DNA of 33,933 nt, counting the filler, from an uncultured virus (IMG/VR IMGVR_UViG_3300010964_000005) (Duplodnaviria; Heunggongvirae; Uroviricota; Caudoviricetes). It is 2 parts of one record of this genome, joined end to end, with 100 filler letters (N's around TTAATTAATTAA, not from the genome) between each part and the next. Parts side by side here need not be neighbours in the genome. Positions count along the whole stretch, not along the records: positions 11,825 to 33,933 come from IMGVR_UViG_3300010964_000005; 1 more part is not named here. One strand, 5' to 3'. Positions 33,407 through 33,933 of the stretch are shown piece after piece. Under the pieces are notes generated by a model that saw only the letters and a program-made list of their open reading frames with translations, was not told the DNA's origin and did not search any database. Both the position numbers and the translations under genes were made by a program. The first letter of the stretch is position 1. Each line of letters opens with the position of its first letter.

Positions 33407-33729
33407 GGTTTCTCCTTTGCCGGGCAGGACCCCGGCGCGACCCAGTTGGCCAGGCGGTCGAGCCGGTCAGCATTGACGCCGGCCGCGCGCGCCAAACCGA
33501 TCAGGCCCCGGCGCCAGGGGGCGGGGATGGTCGCGAGCAGCGCGGGATCCTCGACAAGGGCGGTGGGGCGTTCGGCGCAGGCGAGCAGATCGGCGGACGG
33601 GCGGGGCGGTTCGACGGCGACCGCGACCGGCGCCGGTGGGACCAGGTCAGTGTGCCGGGCGGCGCAGGCCGGCAAGATCGTTAAGAGCAGCGATCCAGTC
33701 AGGACCAACATGGTTGGTCGCGTCGGCAT
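33403..33729 (-). CDS. Outer-membrane spanin (Rz1/LysC-like lipoprotein)
   Basis: Hydrophobic signal with lipobox LPAC, Pro-rich PPAPVAVAVEPPRPSADLLAC; overlaps the i-spanin 3' end. Start is uncertain (33711-33735). Confidence 0.7.
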   Translation of the reverse strand: MPTRPTMLVLTGSLLLTILPACAARHTDLVPPAPVAVAVEPPRPSADLLACAERPTALVEDPALLATIPAPWRRGLIGLARAAGVNADRLDRLANWVAPGSCPAKEKP

Positions 33730-33933
33730 CCGCATTGGCTTTCTCCATTCGGGTTTCAGCGGCCCGCGCGCGGGCGATGGCATCGCGCGCCGCGCGGGCG
33801 TCCGCCTCGGCGCGCGCGGCCTGTTTCTCGATCGCGTCGGACAGGAGGCGGGCTGTTTCGCGATCGATCGCCTCGCGATCGGTCCGGAGCTGGCGGGCGC
33901 GCTGCGCGCAGGCCGTGCCGGGGCCGCTCGCTT
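33647..33933 (-). CDS. Inner-membrane spanin (Rz/LysB-like), 5'-truncated
   Basis: Manual translation ...ACAQRARQLRTDREAIDRETARLLSDAIEKQAARAEADARAARDAIARARAAETRMEKANA...WIAALNDLAGLRRPAH*; Ala-rich coiled coil overlapping the lipoprotein gene. Confidence 0.65.
   Translation of the reverse strand, partial: ASGPGTACAQRARQLRTDREAIDRETARLLSDAIEKQAARAEADARAARDAIARARAAETRMEKANADADATNHVGPDWIAALNDLAGLRRPAH

Larger units (their letters stand above)
11825..33933. mobile_element. P2-like (Peduoviridae-type) prophage, partial: early/immunity region, accessory block, tail and lysis genes
   Basis: Recognisable homologues of P2 Ogr, D, U, T, E/E', FII, FI, W, V, H, I, J, S, R and spanins, plus a divergent cro/cI switch. 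Both ends are truncated. Confidence 0.95.

Overview
The window is two unrelated contigs joined by an artificial spacer (44 N + TTAATTAATTAA + 44 N, 11725-11824). The left contig (1-11724) is GC-rich alphaproteobacterial (Hyphomicrobiales-like) housekeeping DNA. It carries a photolyase (partial), cysK, a DUF3096-type small membrane protein, AlaX, sseA, a stack of intergenic palindromic repeats, the aapJQMP amino-acid ABC transporter, metC and a GT2/LAB_N pair, and it ends in degraded Nextera adapter read-through. The right contig (11825-33933) is part of a P2-like prophage, probably from a sphingomonad-type host. It carries ogr, cII-like and cro genes, an operator palindrome, and a cI-like repressor that lacks the S24 autocleavage domain. 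Downstream of cI lies an accessory block in the lysogenic orientation: a four-gene module (LuxR-HTH with a TM helix, a helical 125-aa protein, a multi-TM protein and a wHTH), a membrane-anchored protein, and a low-GC four-gene moron. The late genes follow on the minus strand: spanins, an inserted secreted CE4 deacetylase-like gene, R, S (with a WYL-like insert), J, I, H, an SGNH tail esterase, a LamG-like protein, V, W, FI, FII, E/E', T, U and D. The best candidates for an undescribed system are the cI-linked membrane LuxR module, a Cys4 ORF antisense to cI, the low-GC moron and the secreted CE4-like gene in the lysis/tail operon. All assignments come from motif recognition by eye; no searches were run.
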